From a virus (Duplodnaviria > Heunggongvirae > Uroviricota > Caudoviricetes), in the IMG/VR virus record IMGVR_UViG_3300032167_005013: DNA of 64,000 nt, one strand, 5' to 3'. Below are positions 9,359 to 19,340 of the stretch, piece by piece. The notes beneath the pieces were generated by a model. It was given only the letters and a program-made list of their open reading frames with translations, was not told where the DNA came from and searched no databases. Numbering within the stretch: the first letter of the stretch is position 1; every line of letters starts with the position of its first letter. The translations under genes were made by a program, and so were the position numbers.

Positions 9359-10285
9359 TTAAAATGCCTCATCCTCCACATCATCATCATTATCATCACT
9401 ATAATGACATAATATAGATTTTTCGATGAATTTCACCATTTCCTCATAATAAGGGAGTGATGTCTTATAGTGAGTTTGTTGTGTTCCATATACATGATAT
9501 CCAAAACACCATTGGTGATGCACAAATACGTTAACAAACGTCAGAAAATCTATATAATTAGATTTTAACTCGGTGCAGAGTTTTTTAGTTTCATCATCAC
9601 TGTTATACACTGCAAGAGCCGATGATTCATCAAAACCATCATAAATCCCCCAAAAGGAAAGTGGATATATAAACCCCGGCTTTACCGAAATAATACGTCT
9701 TGAATCATTATAATCCAATCCTGCATTATAAACATTAAATTCATTATCACCCAATCCCCAACATTTCTTATCACCTATAAGAGCAAAGGTTTTATCAATT
9801 GACATATTAAAATCAAATGTCGCAGGCATCAATTTTTTGATTGTTTCGTACATGAAACGATGGTCCATGGTGAAAACGATATCATATATCTGTTCAAATT
9901 CACTACCCATCGTAAATCTCGACTGCATGTCATGAATTTTAGTACAAATATCATTATATGTCTTTATATCATCCTCTTTCATGTAACGACCCGCCATTTC
10001 ATCGTCAACAATTCTCAGAACCTTTTCAATATCATGTCCAAAAAAACGTTCTATCGCAGCAACATTCTCATCTCTTATGATATTTTCTATATTTCCATAA
10101 TCATTATATGTTCCGAATATAGGGAGGGCAATAGGGGTAAATACTGTACCTGGCGCAAATTTAAATGTGTCTGGTAAAACAGTCTTATTCTTATATCTCG
10201 GCTTTACCCCAAGAAAAAGCACAACATCATCATAACATACAATTGGTAGGTGGGTATGGAAACCCATAACATTAAAACACCCCAT
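9359..10285 (-). CDS. hypothetical phage protein
   Basis: 308-aa ORF; MGCFN...LPIFGTYNDYG N-terminal motif. Confidence 0.8.
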   Translation of the reverse strand: MGCFNVMGFHTHLPIVCYDDVVLFLGVKPRYKNKTVLPDTFKFAPGTVFTPIALPIFGTYNDYGNIENIIRDENVAAIERFFGHDIEKVLRIVDDEMAGRYMKEDDIKTYNDICTKIHDMQSRFTMGSEFEQIYDIVFTMDHRFMYETIKKLMPATFDFNMSIDKTFALIGDKKCWGLGDNEFNVYNAGLDYNDSRRIISVKPGFIYPLSFWGIYDGFDESSALAVYNSDDETKKLCTELKSNYIDFLTFVNVFVHHQWCFGYHVYGTQQTHYKTSLPYYEEMVKFIEKSILCHYSDDNDDDVEDEAF

Positions 10286-10290
10286 AATCT

Positions 10291-10692
10291 TTAAATTGAA
10301 GTTCCTATTTCTTTTCTTTTATTACAATCGTAACCATATACAGTCAATGACGAATCGGTTTCGGGGCACCATTTACCATAGTCGACTGATGCCTGAAGGT
10401 CATCCACACCGAACGCCACCTCTTGTATTTCATGGTTTTCCTTTTCCCTGCAGAAATCAACAACCGTCTGAACAAGTCTTTCATGAAGTTCTGTAATATC
10501 ATCGGAAGTTGTTACAGGATTTGGATAATGTTCTTCATCTTTCTTTGCCCGCAGAACAACAGTCTTAGGGTCAACTTCATACCAAGCGTATCTATCATAT
10601 AGATATGCGTAGCCATCGACAAAATTGATTCCTGTACCTACAATTTTCTCACCGTTTTCGAGTTTTTTCGCTCTTACAATTAGTTCAGTCAT
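10291..10692 (-). CDS. hypothetical protein (YopX-like N-terminus)
   Basis: RAKKLENGEKIVG...YEVDPKTV. Confidence 0.65.
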   Translation of the reverse strand: MTELIVRAKKLENGEKIVGTGINFVDGYAYLYDRYAWYEVDPKTVVLRAKKDEEHYPNPVTTSDDITELHERLVQTVVDFCREKENHEIQEVAFGVDDLQASVDYGKWCPETDSSLTVYGYDCNKRKEIGTSI

Positions 10693-10759
10693 AATATATT
10701 ATACAGTTTTTTTGCTTTATTATACGCATACCATATAATAATGCAAAATTATTTTCATC

Positions 10760-10794
10760 TGCAAATATACAAAAATTATGCCAAACTAACAAAA
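10760..10794 (-). promoter_or_regulatory. housekeeping promoter with nested sigma54-like box
   Basis: Near-identical to 3276..3310. Confidence 0.7.
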
Positions 10795-10807
10795 AAAAAT
10801 AAAAAGA

Positions 10808-10845
10808 AAAGGGACCTGCTGTGAAGCACATCCCGTTTATTTTTT
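10808..10845. terminator. repeated hairpin terminator (gggacctgctgtgaagcacatccc family)
   Basis: Same 24-nt core at ~23934 and inverted at ~27701. Confidence 0.75.
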
Positions 10846-10846
10846 A

Positions 10847-11221
10847 TTAATCAACTTTTGTTCCTTTCTGTTGGATTATACTGAATTCCGTCATGTTCAT
10901 GCAATGCCAATGTTTATCAGGAACGGTTCTGAGATTGTCAATATCAATTATATCCTCTACATCAATAACATAGACACCGGTTTCTTTATGGCAAATCCCA
11001 CATCTTGTTTCATAGATAACATGAGGATGTTCATCCTCATTTGCAAATAAATATTCTTTTACTCTATACTCCCTGCCATAGGGGTGATTACAAAGCCTGA
11101 AAGTTCTCCTGAACCACCTTAAGACATCCCATTCAAAATCAATCATATCCACAAAAAGACTAATGAACAAATATATTACAACCCCCAAAAACAATAGGCT
11201 GAAAAAGAAATCCCAAAACAT
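10847..11221 (-). CDS. hypothetical membrane protein with putative zinc ligands
   Basis: N-terminal TM; CNH...CGIC. Confidence 0.65.
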   Translation of the reverse strand: MFWDFFFSLLFLGVVIYLFISLFVDMIDFEWDVLRWFRRTFRLCNHPYGREYRVKEYLFANEDEHPHVIYETRCGICHKETGVYVIDVEDIIDIDNLRTVPDKHWHCMNMTEFSIIQQKGTKVD

Positions 11222-11277
11222 AATTCAAGTTATTTTACCTATATAAATATAATGTTTAAAGAGTTCCTATTCAAGTT

Positions 11278-11961
11278 TTATCTCAGTATTTCTACCACTA
11301 TATTAAATCTATCTTCGTATTCAAGGCATGAATGAGTTAAACTCCTCTTAAGTTTCAGAGGGTCATAGGAACCTTCCTGCAAATCTGAAATACATAAACT
11401 ACAATCAGAGATACCATACAACTCTGTTCTACTAATTGGGTTGTAAAGTGTTACGGCAGTACATTCAACTTCTCCGAAAGACGTTAGTCTTCTTAAGCGA
11501 TAACAACTCGCAGTGCGTGGCTCTTCAATTACCTTGAAAGGTATAGAGTCGTCAAGAATTGAATTAAGTTTTGACAAATCTTCCACTTCGTATCTTCCTG
11601 AGGTGCGTTCGATTACATATGTGTTTCTGAAAAAATCATCATACATCTCAGCGAACATCTCTTCACCGACATCAGGCCATTCGCCATAAGGCTTTATGTC
11701 GTGAAGATGGATTATACGAAGTTCAAGAAGGTTATAAAATCTCACCTGAACACAACCGTCACCTCTGAATTCTTCTGACCAATCAAAATCATCATCTTTC
11801 TTAATGTTATATTCTTTATCATACATTACAATATACCACTCCTCCTGCCTTTCATTGATTTGATTACAACGATAAAATGTGGCATTTTCAGGAATATTCT
11901 TCAATTCCCCGTCCCAATCGTCGCCATAAGCATATGCCTGTCTAAATCTATAATCCGCCAT
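11278..11961 (-). CDS. hypothetical protein
   Basis: 227-aa ORF in operon. Confidence 0.75.
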   Translation of the reverse strand: MADYRFRQAYAYGDDWDGELKNIPENATFYRCNQINERQEEWYIVMYDKEYNIKKDDDFDWSEEFRGDGCVQVRFYNLLELRIIHLHDIKPYGEWPDVGEEMFAEMYDDFFRNTYVIERTSGRYEVEDLSKLNSILDDSIPFKVIEEPRTASCYRLRRLTSFGEVECTAVTLYNPISRTELYGISDCSLCISDLQEGSYDPLKLKRSLTHSCLEYEDRFNIVVEILR

Positions 11962-11963
11962 AT

Positions 11964-12581
11964 TTAATTTCCCTTTATAAATTTAACTGTACCGTCAACA
12001 TTTATACGATATTCTTCACCATTAACTGTATATGTATATCCCTCTAAGTGTTTTTTAAAAACCTGTGCAACAACGTCAGCCAATGTTTCTTCGCTATCAG
12101 TTATAAACATAGGCGCCCCAAAACGTTTTACAACATATTCTTTTCTTGGAAACTTATGTGGTACGACAACGTCTCCAACTTCATGAAGTTGATAGTCAAC
12201 TGAAAACAGTTCATCAATTTCTTCAAGTATGAACACACCTAATAGGTCATATTTCCTATAAAAACCCCAAGTGCTTTTTTCAACTGGAGGAATTACCTCC
12301 ACACAATATTTTTCAGCGTATGCCCATAAGAGTCTATAAAGCGATTTATAATACCCCATATTATCGTCATTAAAACGCTTATAATATTCAGCGCTATCAT
12401 ATTTCTCCTTTAATTTATAAAGGAACGCAATCTTCTCCTCATTTGACATCGAGTGAAATTTCTCAATGTATTTTTCATTGATTGATTCCACATGAGCCAT
12501 ATGCGCTTTTTCTTGCTGAAGACGGATTTTGCCCTCTTCACTTTCAAGATATTCTTTCAACTGTTCACTCAATTTTCCCAT
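11964..12581 (-). CDS. hypothetical protein
   Basis: 205-aa ORF in operon. Confidence 0.75.
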   Translation of the reverse strand: MGKLSEQLKEYLESEEGKIRLQQEKAHMAHVESINEKYIEKFHSMSNEEKIAFLYKLKEKYDSAEYYKRFNDDNMGYYKSLYRLLWAYAEKYCVEVIPPVEKSTWGFYRKYDLLGVFILEEIDELFSVDYQLHEVGDVVVPHKFPRKEYVVKRFGAPMFITDSEETLADVVAQVFKKHLEGYTYTVNGEEYRINVDGTVKFIKGN

Positions 12582-12593
12582 AACACCCCAAAA

Positions 12594-12788
12594 TTAACAA
12601 AACAACATCAAAAAACCAATAACAGTATAGATGAGTCCCAAAGCAAAGGTCAGCCAACACTGTTGTTTCTCAACTGCGCTAAGTTGTGAGAATACGGTAA
12701 CGTCTTTCAAATACGTCACCGCCACCACATAACATAAAACCGCAAGTAACATACAGATAAATGATGCGAGTATATCAAAAAATGCCAT
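12594..12788 (-). CDS. small two-TM membrane protein
   Basis: Hydrophobic ORF, operon packing. Confidence 0.6.
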   Translation of the reverse strand: MAFFDILASFICMLLAVLCYVVAVTYLKDVTVFSQLSAVEKQQCWLTFALGLIYTVIGFLMLFC

Positions 12789-12791
12789 AAA

Positions 12792-12983
12792 TTAGTCTAT
12801 TTTAATATTATATAAATCTTCAATAACCTCTTTAATCTCATCCTGAGGGAAAATATCAAAACATTCAGAAAAGCACAGATGGTCAGCAACATGCTTTTTC
12901 AAGAATTCAGTCTGATGATAAGCACTTAAGTCAGTAAAAAGGTCTTCAATATCAACCTCGATAGTTGTCTTAAATTTTGTCAT
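12792..12983 (-). CDS. hypothetical protein
   Basis: Operon packing; sigma54-like box just upstream. Confidence 0.6.
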   Translation of the reverse strand: MTKFKTTIEVDIEDLFTDLSAYHQTEFLKKHVADHLCFSECFDIFPQDEIKEVIEDLYNIKID

Positions 12984-13020
12984 AACTTTTTTCTAAAATT
13001 TCTTTAACATCATTGTCTAC

Positions 13021-13040
13021 TGCAAATACCGTGCCAAACT
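13021..13040 (-). promoter_or_regulatory. sigma54-type -24/-12 box
   Basis: TTTGGCACGGTATTTGCA, perfect TGGCAC-N5-TTGC. Confidence 0.7.
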
Positions 13041-13117
13041 TTTCAAGTTCTTCAATTCCTTTTTTTGTTAATCTTGTACTTTCTTTCCTGCCAAGACGTA
13101 TTTGCTGCTTAATAGCA

Positions 13118-14002
13118 TTAATAATTGTCATGTCTTTCAGCAAGTTTAATAAGATATTGTCCATATGGATTATTTTTCATACCCATACCAAGTTCCATAA
13201 GTTTCTCCCTATCAATCCAATCATTGTTGTAGGCAATCTCCTCAAGGCAAGCAATTTTCTGTCCCTGCCTCTTTTCAAGTACCTCGATATAAGTTGATGC
13301 CTCCGAGAGAGAATCATGTGTTCCGGTATCAAGCCAAGCAAAACCTCTCCCCAACACTTCAACATGAAGCCTCTCTTCTTCAAGATAATGCTGATTCACT
13401 GCAGTTATTTCAAGTTCGCCTCTTGCTGATGGCTTAATTGTCTTTGCTACTTCAACAACCGAATTTGGATAAAAATATAAACCGGGGACAGCATAATTTG
13501 ATTTTGGGTTAACCGGTTTCTCTTCAAGAGAAATGGCGAAAGCATTATCACTGAGTTCAACAACACCATATCTACTAGGGTCGTCAACATAATATCCGAA
13601 AATGGAGGCGTAGCCACAATCAACCCATAATTTCGCTGTTTCAAGATTATGAGTAAAACCCGCACCGTGAAAAACGTTATCGCCAAGAATAAGACAGACA
13701 TCATCATCACCGATGAACTCCTCGCCAATTATAAACGCCTGTGCAATTCCATCAGGAGACGGCTGTTCCGCATATTCAAAACGAACACCATAATCGCTTC
13801 CGTCGCCAAGGAGTCGTTTAAACCCCGGCAAATCCTGAGGCGTCGATATAATCAATATATCCTTAATACCCGCCAACATCAATACGGATATCGGATAATA
13901 GCAAGTTGGTTTGTCATAAATTGGAATTAACTGCTTAGATATTCCTTTGGTTATCGGGTGGAGTCTCGTTCCTGCCCCACCGCAGAGACATATTCCTTTC
14001 AT
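13118..14002 (-). CDS. rmlA: glucose-1-phosphate thymidylyltransferase
   Basis: [52 protein letters not shown]. Confidence 0.95.
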   Translation of the reverse strand: MKGICLCGGAGTRLHPITKGISKQLIPIYDKPTCYYPISVLMLAGIKDILIISTPQDLPGFKRLLGDGSDYGVRFEYAEQPSPDGIAQAFIIGEEFIGDDDVCLILGDNVFHGAGFTHNLETAKLWVDCGYASIFGYYVDDPSRYGVVELSDNAFAISLEEKPVNPKSNYAVPGLYFYPNSVVEVAKTIKPSARGELEITAVNQHYLEEERLHVEVLGRGFAWLDTGTHDSLSEASTYIEVLEKRQGQKIACLEEIAYNNDWIDREKLMELGMGMKNNPYGQYLIKLAERHDNY

Positions 14003-14008
14003 AATCAA

Positions 14009-14068
14009 TTAGTTATATAGATTTTCGTTATAATCAAATAAGTTATTCCACATTGTTAAAGATGTAGT
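14009..14068 (-). pseudogene. rmlC: C-terminal remnant of rmlC
   Basis: ...NNLFDYNENLYN* resembles the Bacteroidetes RmlC C-terminus and ends immediately before rmlA. Confidence 0.55.
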
Positions 14069-14146
14069 GTCAAGCACCGTATGTAAAATTCTAAGAAAAT
14101 CTACCTTTCCTATATTTTACTTCTTATTTCAACGAACCACTGCTTT

Positions 14147-15346
14147 TTAGAAGGCATTGCCTCGGTCATCCACAGTTAGGTTCTCCATAAGCGTATATTC
14201 GGTGCTACGGACACCTATTATTCTTTCTCCCTCTAATAAGATATTCATCGCTGCATTTATATCCCTGTCATGATGTTCGCCACATTGTGGACATGTCCAT
14301 TCCCTGTCACTTAACTTCAAATCATGTTTCTTATATCCACAAACTGAACATGTTTTACTGCTTGGATAGAATCTATCAACAAATATTACTTGTTTTCCGT
14401 TATTGAATGCTTTATCAACAAGTATTGATTTAAATCTATAAAATCCTACTTCTTGTATCGCTTTCGCTAACTTATGATTCTTTAACATTCCACTAACATT
14501 TAAGTCTTCCATGAAGATTACATCATAATATATAAGCAATTCATTTACTACACTATGAATATAATTCTCTTTCTGATTGTTTAACTTCTCAAATGCCTTT
14601 GCAAGTTTGATTCTTGCTTTATTTCTGTTATTAGAACCTTTTTGTTTCTTTGATAATTGATGTTGGAGTTTTGCTATCTTCTGTTCTTGTAATTTATAGA
14701 AATGTTTATTTTCAAACACTTCACCATCACTTGTAATTACAAAATCTTTAACTCCTAAGTCAATACCAACATGTTCATCAGTTAATTTGAATTTAACAAC
14801 TTCTTCATTTGGTAACTCAATTAAGATAGATAAGAAGAAATTACCACTCTTGGTTTTCGATAAGGTAGCACTTCTTATTCCATCACGATATTGTCTGAGT
14901 CTGTTGTGATTCAAATCAGAACATCTGAAACGAATATCTTTTAAAGGTTGTGTCAACGTTATTTTTCTTGTTTCAAATGTATTCTTCTTTGAAATCGCTT
15001 CAAGTGGGAATAACGCTGACTGTTTATCTTTTTTACTTTTGAATTTTGGGAAACCATTATGTTGTTTAAAGAACTTCTCATAAGCAGATAGCATCTGCCT
15101 TATTGACTGTTTCATTATCTTTGTGTTTTCTTCTTTCAACCATGAGTATTGTTCATCCTTCAATAGTTCATTATGAAAATACTTTGATAAATCAGTTAAA
15201 CCTAATGATTTCTTATTTTCAGTATATTCTTGTTGTTTACGAGCAAGTGTTTGATTATAAACAAAACGGTAACACCCCAATACTTTATTCAGTTTCAGTT
15301 CTTGCTCCTTATTTGGATATAATCTTATTTTAATTGCTCTTAACAT
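14147..15346 (-). CDS. tnpB: RNA-guided endonuclease TnpB
   Basis: KIRLYPN HTH, GIDLGVKD RuvC-I, MEDLNV RuvC-II, CSVCG/CPQCG zinc finger, DRDINAA RuvC-III. Confidence 0.95.
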   Translation of the reverse strand: MLRAIKIRLYPNKEQELKLNKVLGCYRFVYNQTLARKQQEYTENKKSLGLTDLSKYFHNELLKDEQYSWLKEENTKIMKQSIRQMLSAYEKFFKQHNGFPKFKSKKDKQSALFPLEAISKKNTFETRKITLTQPLKDIRFRCSDLNHNRLRQYRDGIRSATLSKTKSGNFFLSILIELPNEEVVKFKLTDEHVGIDLGVKDFVITSDGEVFENKHFYKLQEQKIAKLQHQLSKKQKGSNNRNKARIKLAKAFEKLNNQKENYIHSVVNELLIYYDVIFMEDLNVSGMLKNHKLAKAIQEVGFYRFKSILVDKAFNNGKQVIFVDRFYPSSKTCSVCGYKKHDLKLSDREWTCPQCGEHHDRDINAAMNILLEGERIIGVRSTEYTLMENLTVDDRGNAF

Positions 15347-15371
15347 TATTCTTTTTATATTTCTCCTAAAA

Positions 15372-15539
15372 TTATTTTTCTTTGTATTTCGTAGTTAACT
15401 CGATGATTTCAGTTTTTTGGGATAATCTATCACTAAGTTCTTTACTTATCTCGTGTAACATTTTATTAATATATGGTTCATCATTAATGTATCCGTTTTT
15501 CTTTAAATCATCATACATTTCCTTTGTGAACTCTGCCAT
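15372..15539 (-). CDS. small hypothetical passenger ORF within IS607
   Basis: Fills the tnpA-tnpB gap. Confidence 0.45.
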   Translation of the reverse strand: MAEFTKEMYDDLKKNGYINDEPYINKMLHEISKELSDRLSQKTEIIELTTKYKEK

Positions 15540-15543
15540 ATCG

Positions 15544-16161
15544 CTATTCCCCCATATTCTTTTTCTTTCTTCTTTCAGCACTTCGCTTACCATAGAATTT
15601 ACCTGAGAAACTTGCCAATAAAGACATCATGTCAGCAGCAAGTTCTTCCTCATTTGATACATCTAAACCATTTATAACAATAACCTCACATCCATAACTT
15701 TCAAACATTTTCTTTATGAATTTGAATTGGAATCGTGTAAGTCTGTCTTTATGTTCAATAACCAATTTATTAACCTTTCCTTGTATAATCAAATCAGTTA
15801 ATCTGATGAATCCACTTCTATTATCATTTAAACCACTACCAACATCTTTAATGATATGCGTAACTAAAAGTCCTTTCTTAGCACAATACTCTGATAATCT
15901 TTGTGATTGTCTATCCAAATCTCCTTTTTGCTTTTGTTCATGAGAACTAACCCTTGCATATGTTGCACAAACAATAGGTTTGGCTTCAGTTTCTTTCACT
16001 TCTTTACCAAGAAATTCATCAAGTGCATCAGTATCATATCTTCTATGTCCACCAGCAGTTTCAAGAGGTTTCAGTTTATTTGCTTTATCCCACTTTCTTA
16101 GAGTATCTTGAGATACATTGAGATATTGTGCTGCTTCTCCAATTTTCAGTAATCTTCCCAT
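15544..16161 (-). CDS. tnpA: IS607 transposase (MerR-type HTH + serine recombinase)
   Basis: KIGEAAQYLNVSQDTLRKW, YARVSS, DVGSGLN, DRLTRF. Confidence 0.95.
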   Translation of the reverse strand: MGRLLKIGEAAQYLNVSQDTLRKWDKANKLKPLETAGGHRRYDTDALDEFLGKEVKETEAKPIVCATYARVSSHEQKQKGDLDRQSQRLSEYCAKKGLLVTHIIKDVGSGLNDNRSGFIRLTDLIIQGKVNKLVIEHKDRLTRFQFKFIKKMFESYGCEVIVINGLDVSNEEELAADMMSLLASFSGKFYGKRSAERRKKKNMGE

Positions 16162-16382
16162 TATATCTCATTTTTTTCTATTTTATTAAGTGTATTCAAT
16201 ACAGTTTCTCTTGCATTATCAAGTAATGCTTGGAATTCTTCTACTGTTATACTTGAATCAATAACAAATGTATGTTCATAAACATCCCCATTTTCAAGAG
16301 TATAATTTGTTTCCGTTACATCAACTACTTTCATTTGCATATTTTGCAACACTTTCTTTACATTATTTATTTTTGTGTTCAT
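16161..16382 (-). CDS. small hypothetical passenger ORF within IS607
   Basis: 73-aa ORF whose stop overlaps the tnpA start. Confidence 0.6.
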   Translation of the reverse strand: MNTKINNVKKVLQNMQMKVVDVTETNYTLENGDVYEHTFVIDSSITVEEFQALLDNARETVLNTLNKIEKNEI

Positions 16383-16480
16383 ATATAAATATCTTTAACT
16401 TTACAAAAATACTAAAAATCTTTCATAAAAACAAATATTTTTTCTTAATTTTTCTCAGTTTTTAAATGAACAGTTATCCA

Positions 16481-16507
16481 CCCTCCTTTAGGTGGGTGTA
16501 GTTGACA
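16481..16507 (-). repeat. second copy of the IS200/IS605-type end, split by IS607
   Basis: Identical to the first 27 nt of the 70-bp element (tgtcaactacacccacctaaaggaggg). Confidence 0.8.
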
Positions 16508-16585
16508 GAAATATCCTCTATTATCTTTATACACCTGAGGCTCAATGATTTTAACCTCAGGTATTGCTATATCAATAACTAACAT
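16508..16585 (-). pseudogene. rmlC: N-terminal remnant of dTDP-4-dehydrorhamnose 3,5-epimerase
   Basis: MLVIDIAIPEVKIIEPQVYKDNRGYF is a classic RmlC start; ATG overlaps the rmlB stop. Confidence 0.8.
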
Positions 16586-17589
16586 TTTTCAAACATATCT
16601 TTAACAGTTATTTCAATTCCCTTTTCAAAATCCATTTCAGGCTTCCAACCCAGTTCCCTCTGCAATTTGGAACTGTCAATGGCATATCTGAAATCATGGC
16701 CGGGTCTGTCAGTGACATAAGTTATCAGGTTATTAGAATATCCTTCAGGATGTCCAAGAAACCTGTCGGTAACCTTAATCAACGTCCTTACCATATCAAT
16801 ATTAGTGACTTCATTATTTCCGCCGATGTTATATGTCTCTCCGGTTTTTCCTTTATGGAAAATCATGTCAATGGCACGGACATGGTCTCCCACATACAGC
16901 CAATCCCTTATATTTGTACCATCGCCATATACTGGAATCTTTTCATTGTTCACAATCTTGGTAATCACAAGGGGAATCAATTTTTCGGGATATTGGTTAG
17001 GGCCATAGTTGTTGGAACAGTTTGAAATAACAGTTGGTAAACCATATGTATCGTGATATGCTCTAACAAAATGGTCGGATGATGCCTTGGAAGCACTGTA
17101 TGGACTATGAGGCTCATATCTATTATCTTCTGTAAAAGGAACACCATCAGCATCCAATGCCCCATATACTTCATCAGTAGATACATGGTAGAACAATTTG
17201 CCATCAAAACCGTCAGGACATTCCTTCCAATAGGTAAGTGCAGCATGAAGAAGAGAAAGTGTTCCCATTACATTGGTCTTTGCAAATACAAACGGGTCCT
17301 TAATTGAATTGTCAACATGGGATTCCGCAGCAAGATGGATTACGCCACTCACCTTCCAATTTCTCATGAAAGCCAATATGTTGTCATAATCACAAATGTC
17401 TGTTTTAGAGAAGAAGAAATTATCTTTTCTCTTCACCTCCTTAAGGTTATTAAGATTTCCTGCATATGTCAGGTTATCAACAACCAATATATTATATTCA
17501 GGATATTTGTTAACAAAATAGTTAACAAGATTACTACCAATGAAACCGCAGCCACCGGTAATCATAATTGTCTTTCTATCTTTCGCCAT
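16579..17589 (-). CDS. rmlB: dTDP-glucose 4,6-dehydratase
   Basis: TGGCGFIGS, HLAAESHVDNSI, STDEVYG, YSASKAS, DRPGHDFRYAID. Confidence 0.95.
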   Translation of the reverse strand: MAKDRKTIMITGGCGFIGSNLVNYFVNKYPEYNILVVDNLTYAGNLNNLKEVKRKDNFFFSKTDICDYDNILAFMRNWKVSGVIHLAAESHVDNSIKDPFVFAKTNVMGTLSLLHAALTYWKECPDGFDGKLFYHVSTDEVYGALDADGVPFTEDNRYEPHSPYSASKASSDHFVRAYHDTYGLPTVISNCSNNYGPNQYPEKLIPLVITKIVNNEKIPVYGDGTNIRDWLYVGDHVRAIDMIFHKGKTGETYNIGGNNEVTNIDMVRTLIKVTDRFLGHPEGYSNNLITYVTDRPGHDFRYAIDSSKLQRELGWKPEMDFEKGIEITVKDMFEKC

Positions 17590-17592
17590 ATC

Positions 17593-18351
17593 TTAAAACT
17601 TGAATTTTCTTAACTGCGATTTATGGACGAAAACACGTTCAACCCTAACATTCTGTGCAACACCCATCTTAGTTGTGCCCATACCATCTTTTCTTGCTTT
17701 CTCCCATATACAGACAAAATCAGAAGGTGCTGAATATTCCGACACCATTATCTTATGCCCCTTATCACACATTCCACGGCACCACTCCCAAAACAGTTCA
17801 TTATCAAACCCGTTCTTATTGTATCCTTTAGTTGATGCATAAGGCGGGTCACAATAGATAAAAGAATTCTTAGGGTATTCCAATGTTCTATAATCACCAT
17901 GCACAAATGTACAACTATCAAGGCCAATGAAACTGTTTATATGTTTCAAAAGTCCTCGTCGTGCCTCAGCAATATGGTCCTCATTTCTGTTAGGATTAAA
18001 ATGTGCATATCCATTCCACCATCCACATCCGTTTGAACAGGCATTTCCCACGTAACCAAGGAGGGCTGAATCATATTTCCCACTATTGGTTAAACAATCT
18101 TCGCGCATTGCCTTGTATTCGGTTTCAGTAACTCTCTCAGGTATTTTAAATGTATTGTTTTGAATTGCTTTCCACATGGCAATTACATGTGGATTAATAT
18201 CCATTGCAATTTTATTGTCGTGGTTTATTACCGCAAATGAATTCATTCCACCGCCAAACGGCTCAATATAAGCCTGACACTCATCAAGATTTCTCTCAAT
18301 GAGTGCTTTTAAGTTTTTCATCAAACCTCTTTTACTTCCTTGATATCTCAT
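17593..18351 (-). CDS. DNA adenine methyltransferase (D12/Dam-like)
   Basis: RYQGSK, YIEPFGGG, YCDPPY, VSEY. Confidence 0.88.
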   Translation of the reverse strand: MRYQGSKRGLMKNLKALIERNLDECQAYIEPFGGGMNSFAVINHDNKIAMDINPHVIAMWKAIQNNTFKIPERVTETEYKAMREDCLTNSGKYDSALLGYVGNACSNGCGWWNGYAHFNPNRNEDHIAEARRGLLKHINSFIGLDSCTFVHGDYRTLEYPKNSFIYCDPPYASTKGYNKNGFDNELFWEWCRGMCDKGHKIMVSEYSAPSDFVCIWEKARKDGMGTTKMGVAQNVRVERVFVHKSQLRKFKF

Positions 18352-19145
18352 TAAATCTGTGGGATTATATTGCGGTCCTTAAAAAACGTTCTGTTTGTTT
18401 CATCATTAAGCGGAACAGCCGGGAATACCTCAGGGTTATGTCTTGTATATACATCACCATTATTGTTGGTAAATTGGGTTTCAACCCTATAGATAAATCT
18501 ACCGAACTTCCATCTATCAGGATACTTATCCCAATCCTCACCGTTATATTCCTTAAGTTTTTCAATCTGTTGGTCAACAAGCAATCCCATAAGTTCCTTG
18601 TGAGGAAAAAATGTCTGTGCTGTCTGCGCCTTAGAATTCCTGATACAGTCATTCTGTCTATACAACAACCATGCAACTACATCATTATAAGTTGGAACAT
18701 TCCACGCCTTGCAATCAAATTCATAAAGGCCAATCTTCTCAGCAATGACCTGAGAACCTTCAATACTTGTCCTCAATTCATACTGCATCATCAGATTATT
18801 AAACTTTGCAGTTGCCATAGATGCAACAATAGACAATATCTTGGTAAGCCTATATCCAAAAAATGAGTCTGTTGTTGGCGTTTCGAAATCAGTAATAACA
18901 AGAGTGATTTCATCTGACTGTGTATATGCAAATTTACAACCCTGAACATTCTTTACCAAGTATTTTGCTGTTTCATCCATCATATCAATGAAATCATCAT
19001 CAAAAGGCTTCGCAAACTTCTTCTTGATTTTGGAAGAAAAACTTCTTCCATCAAGCATTACCAACACATAAGAGTTAGGCATAAGCCTATAATCCGTAAG
19101 ACTACGAAAATACTCACATTTCTCTTTTAAACTATCAAACTGCAT
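18351..19145 (-). CDS. tRNA(His) guanylyltransferase Thg1-like protein
   Basis: LDGRSFS, KPFD, YTQSDEI, FDCKAW, YRQNDCIRNS. Confidence 0.92.
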   Translation of the reverse strand: MQFDSLKEKCEYFRSLTDYRLMPNSYVLVMLDGRSFSSKIKKKFAKPFDDDFIDMMDETAKYLVKNVQGCKFAYTQSDEITLVITDFETPTTDSFFGYRLTKILSIVASMATAKFNNLMMQYELRTSIEGSQVIAEKIGLYEFDCKAWNVPTYNDVVAWLLYRQNDCIRNSKAQTAQTFFPHKELMGLLVDQQIEKLKEYNGEDWDKYPDRWKFGRFIYRVETQFTNNNGDVYTRHNPEVFPAVPLNDETNRTFFKDRNIIPQI

Positions 19146-19180
19146 ATAAATCTGTTTTTAAAATATTCAAACCAAAATAT

Positions 19181-19200
19181 TACAAATACCGTGCCAAACT
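19181..19200 (-). promoter_or_regulatory. sigma54-type -24/-12 box upstream of Thg1
   Basis: AGTTTGGCACGGTATTTGTA. Confidence 0.7.
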
Positions 19201-19271
19201 TTTACAAATATTTTTCTTCACTGTATTTTTTGCAAAAATAGAAAAAAGAAATGTAAAAAACAAATAAAAAA

Positions 19272-19300
19272 AAGAAACCACTCATTACGAGTGGTTTCTT
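19272..19300 (-). terminator. intrinsic terminator
   Basis: aagaaaccactc-attac-gagtggtttctt followed by a poly-T run on the minus strand. Confidence 0.8.
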
Positions 19301-19340
19301 AAAACAAGGTGAGATAGAACAAACACTCTACACCAGACTT

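Larger units (their letters stand above)
14077..16480 (-). mobile_element. IS607-family element (serine recombinase TnpA + TnpB) with two small passenger ORFs
   Basis: tnpA/tnpB pair; both junctions share GG(TG); excision regenerates the mini-element end seen at 8149..8182. Confidence 0.85.

Noticed and set aside
12970-13164. 64-aa ORF overlapping the rmlA 3' end
   Set aside because: 47-nt overlap with rmlA, contains a promoter-like box and has no motif; left uncalled though it may be real
14077-16480. IStron (group I intron-IS607 chimera)
   Set aside because: Only ~100 nt of AT-rich sequence lie between the left end and the first ORF, leaving no room for an intron core
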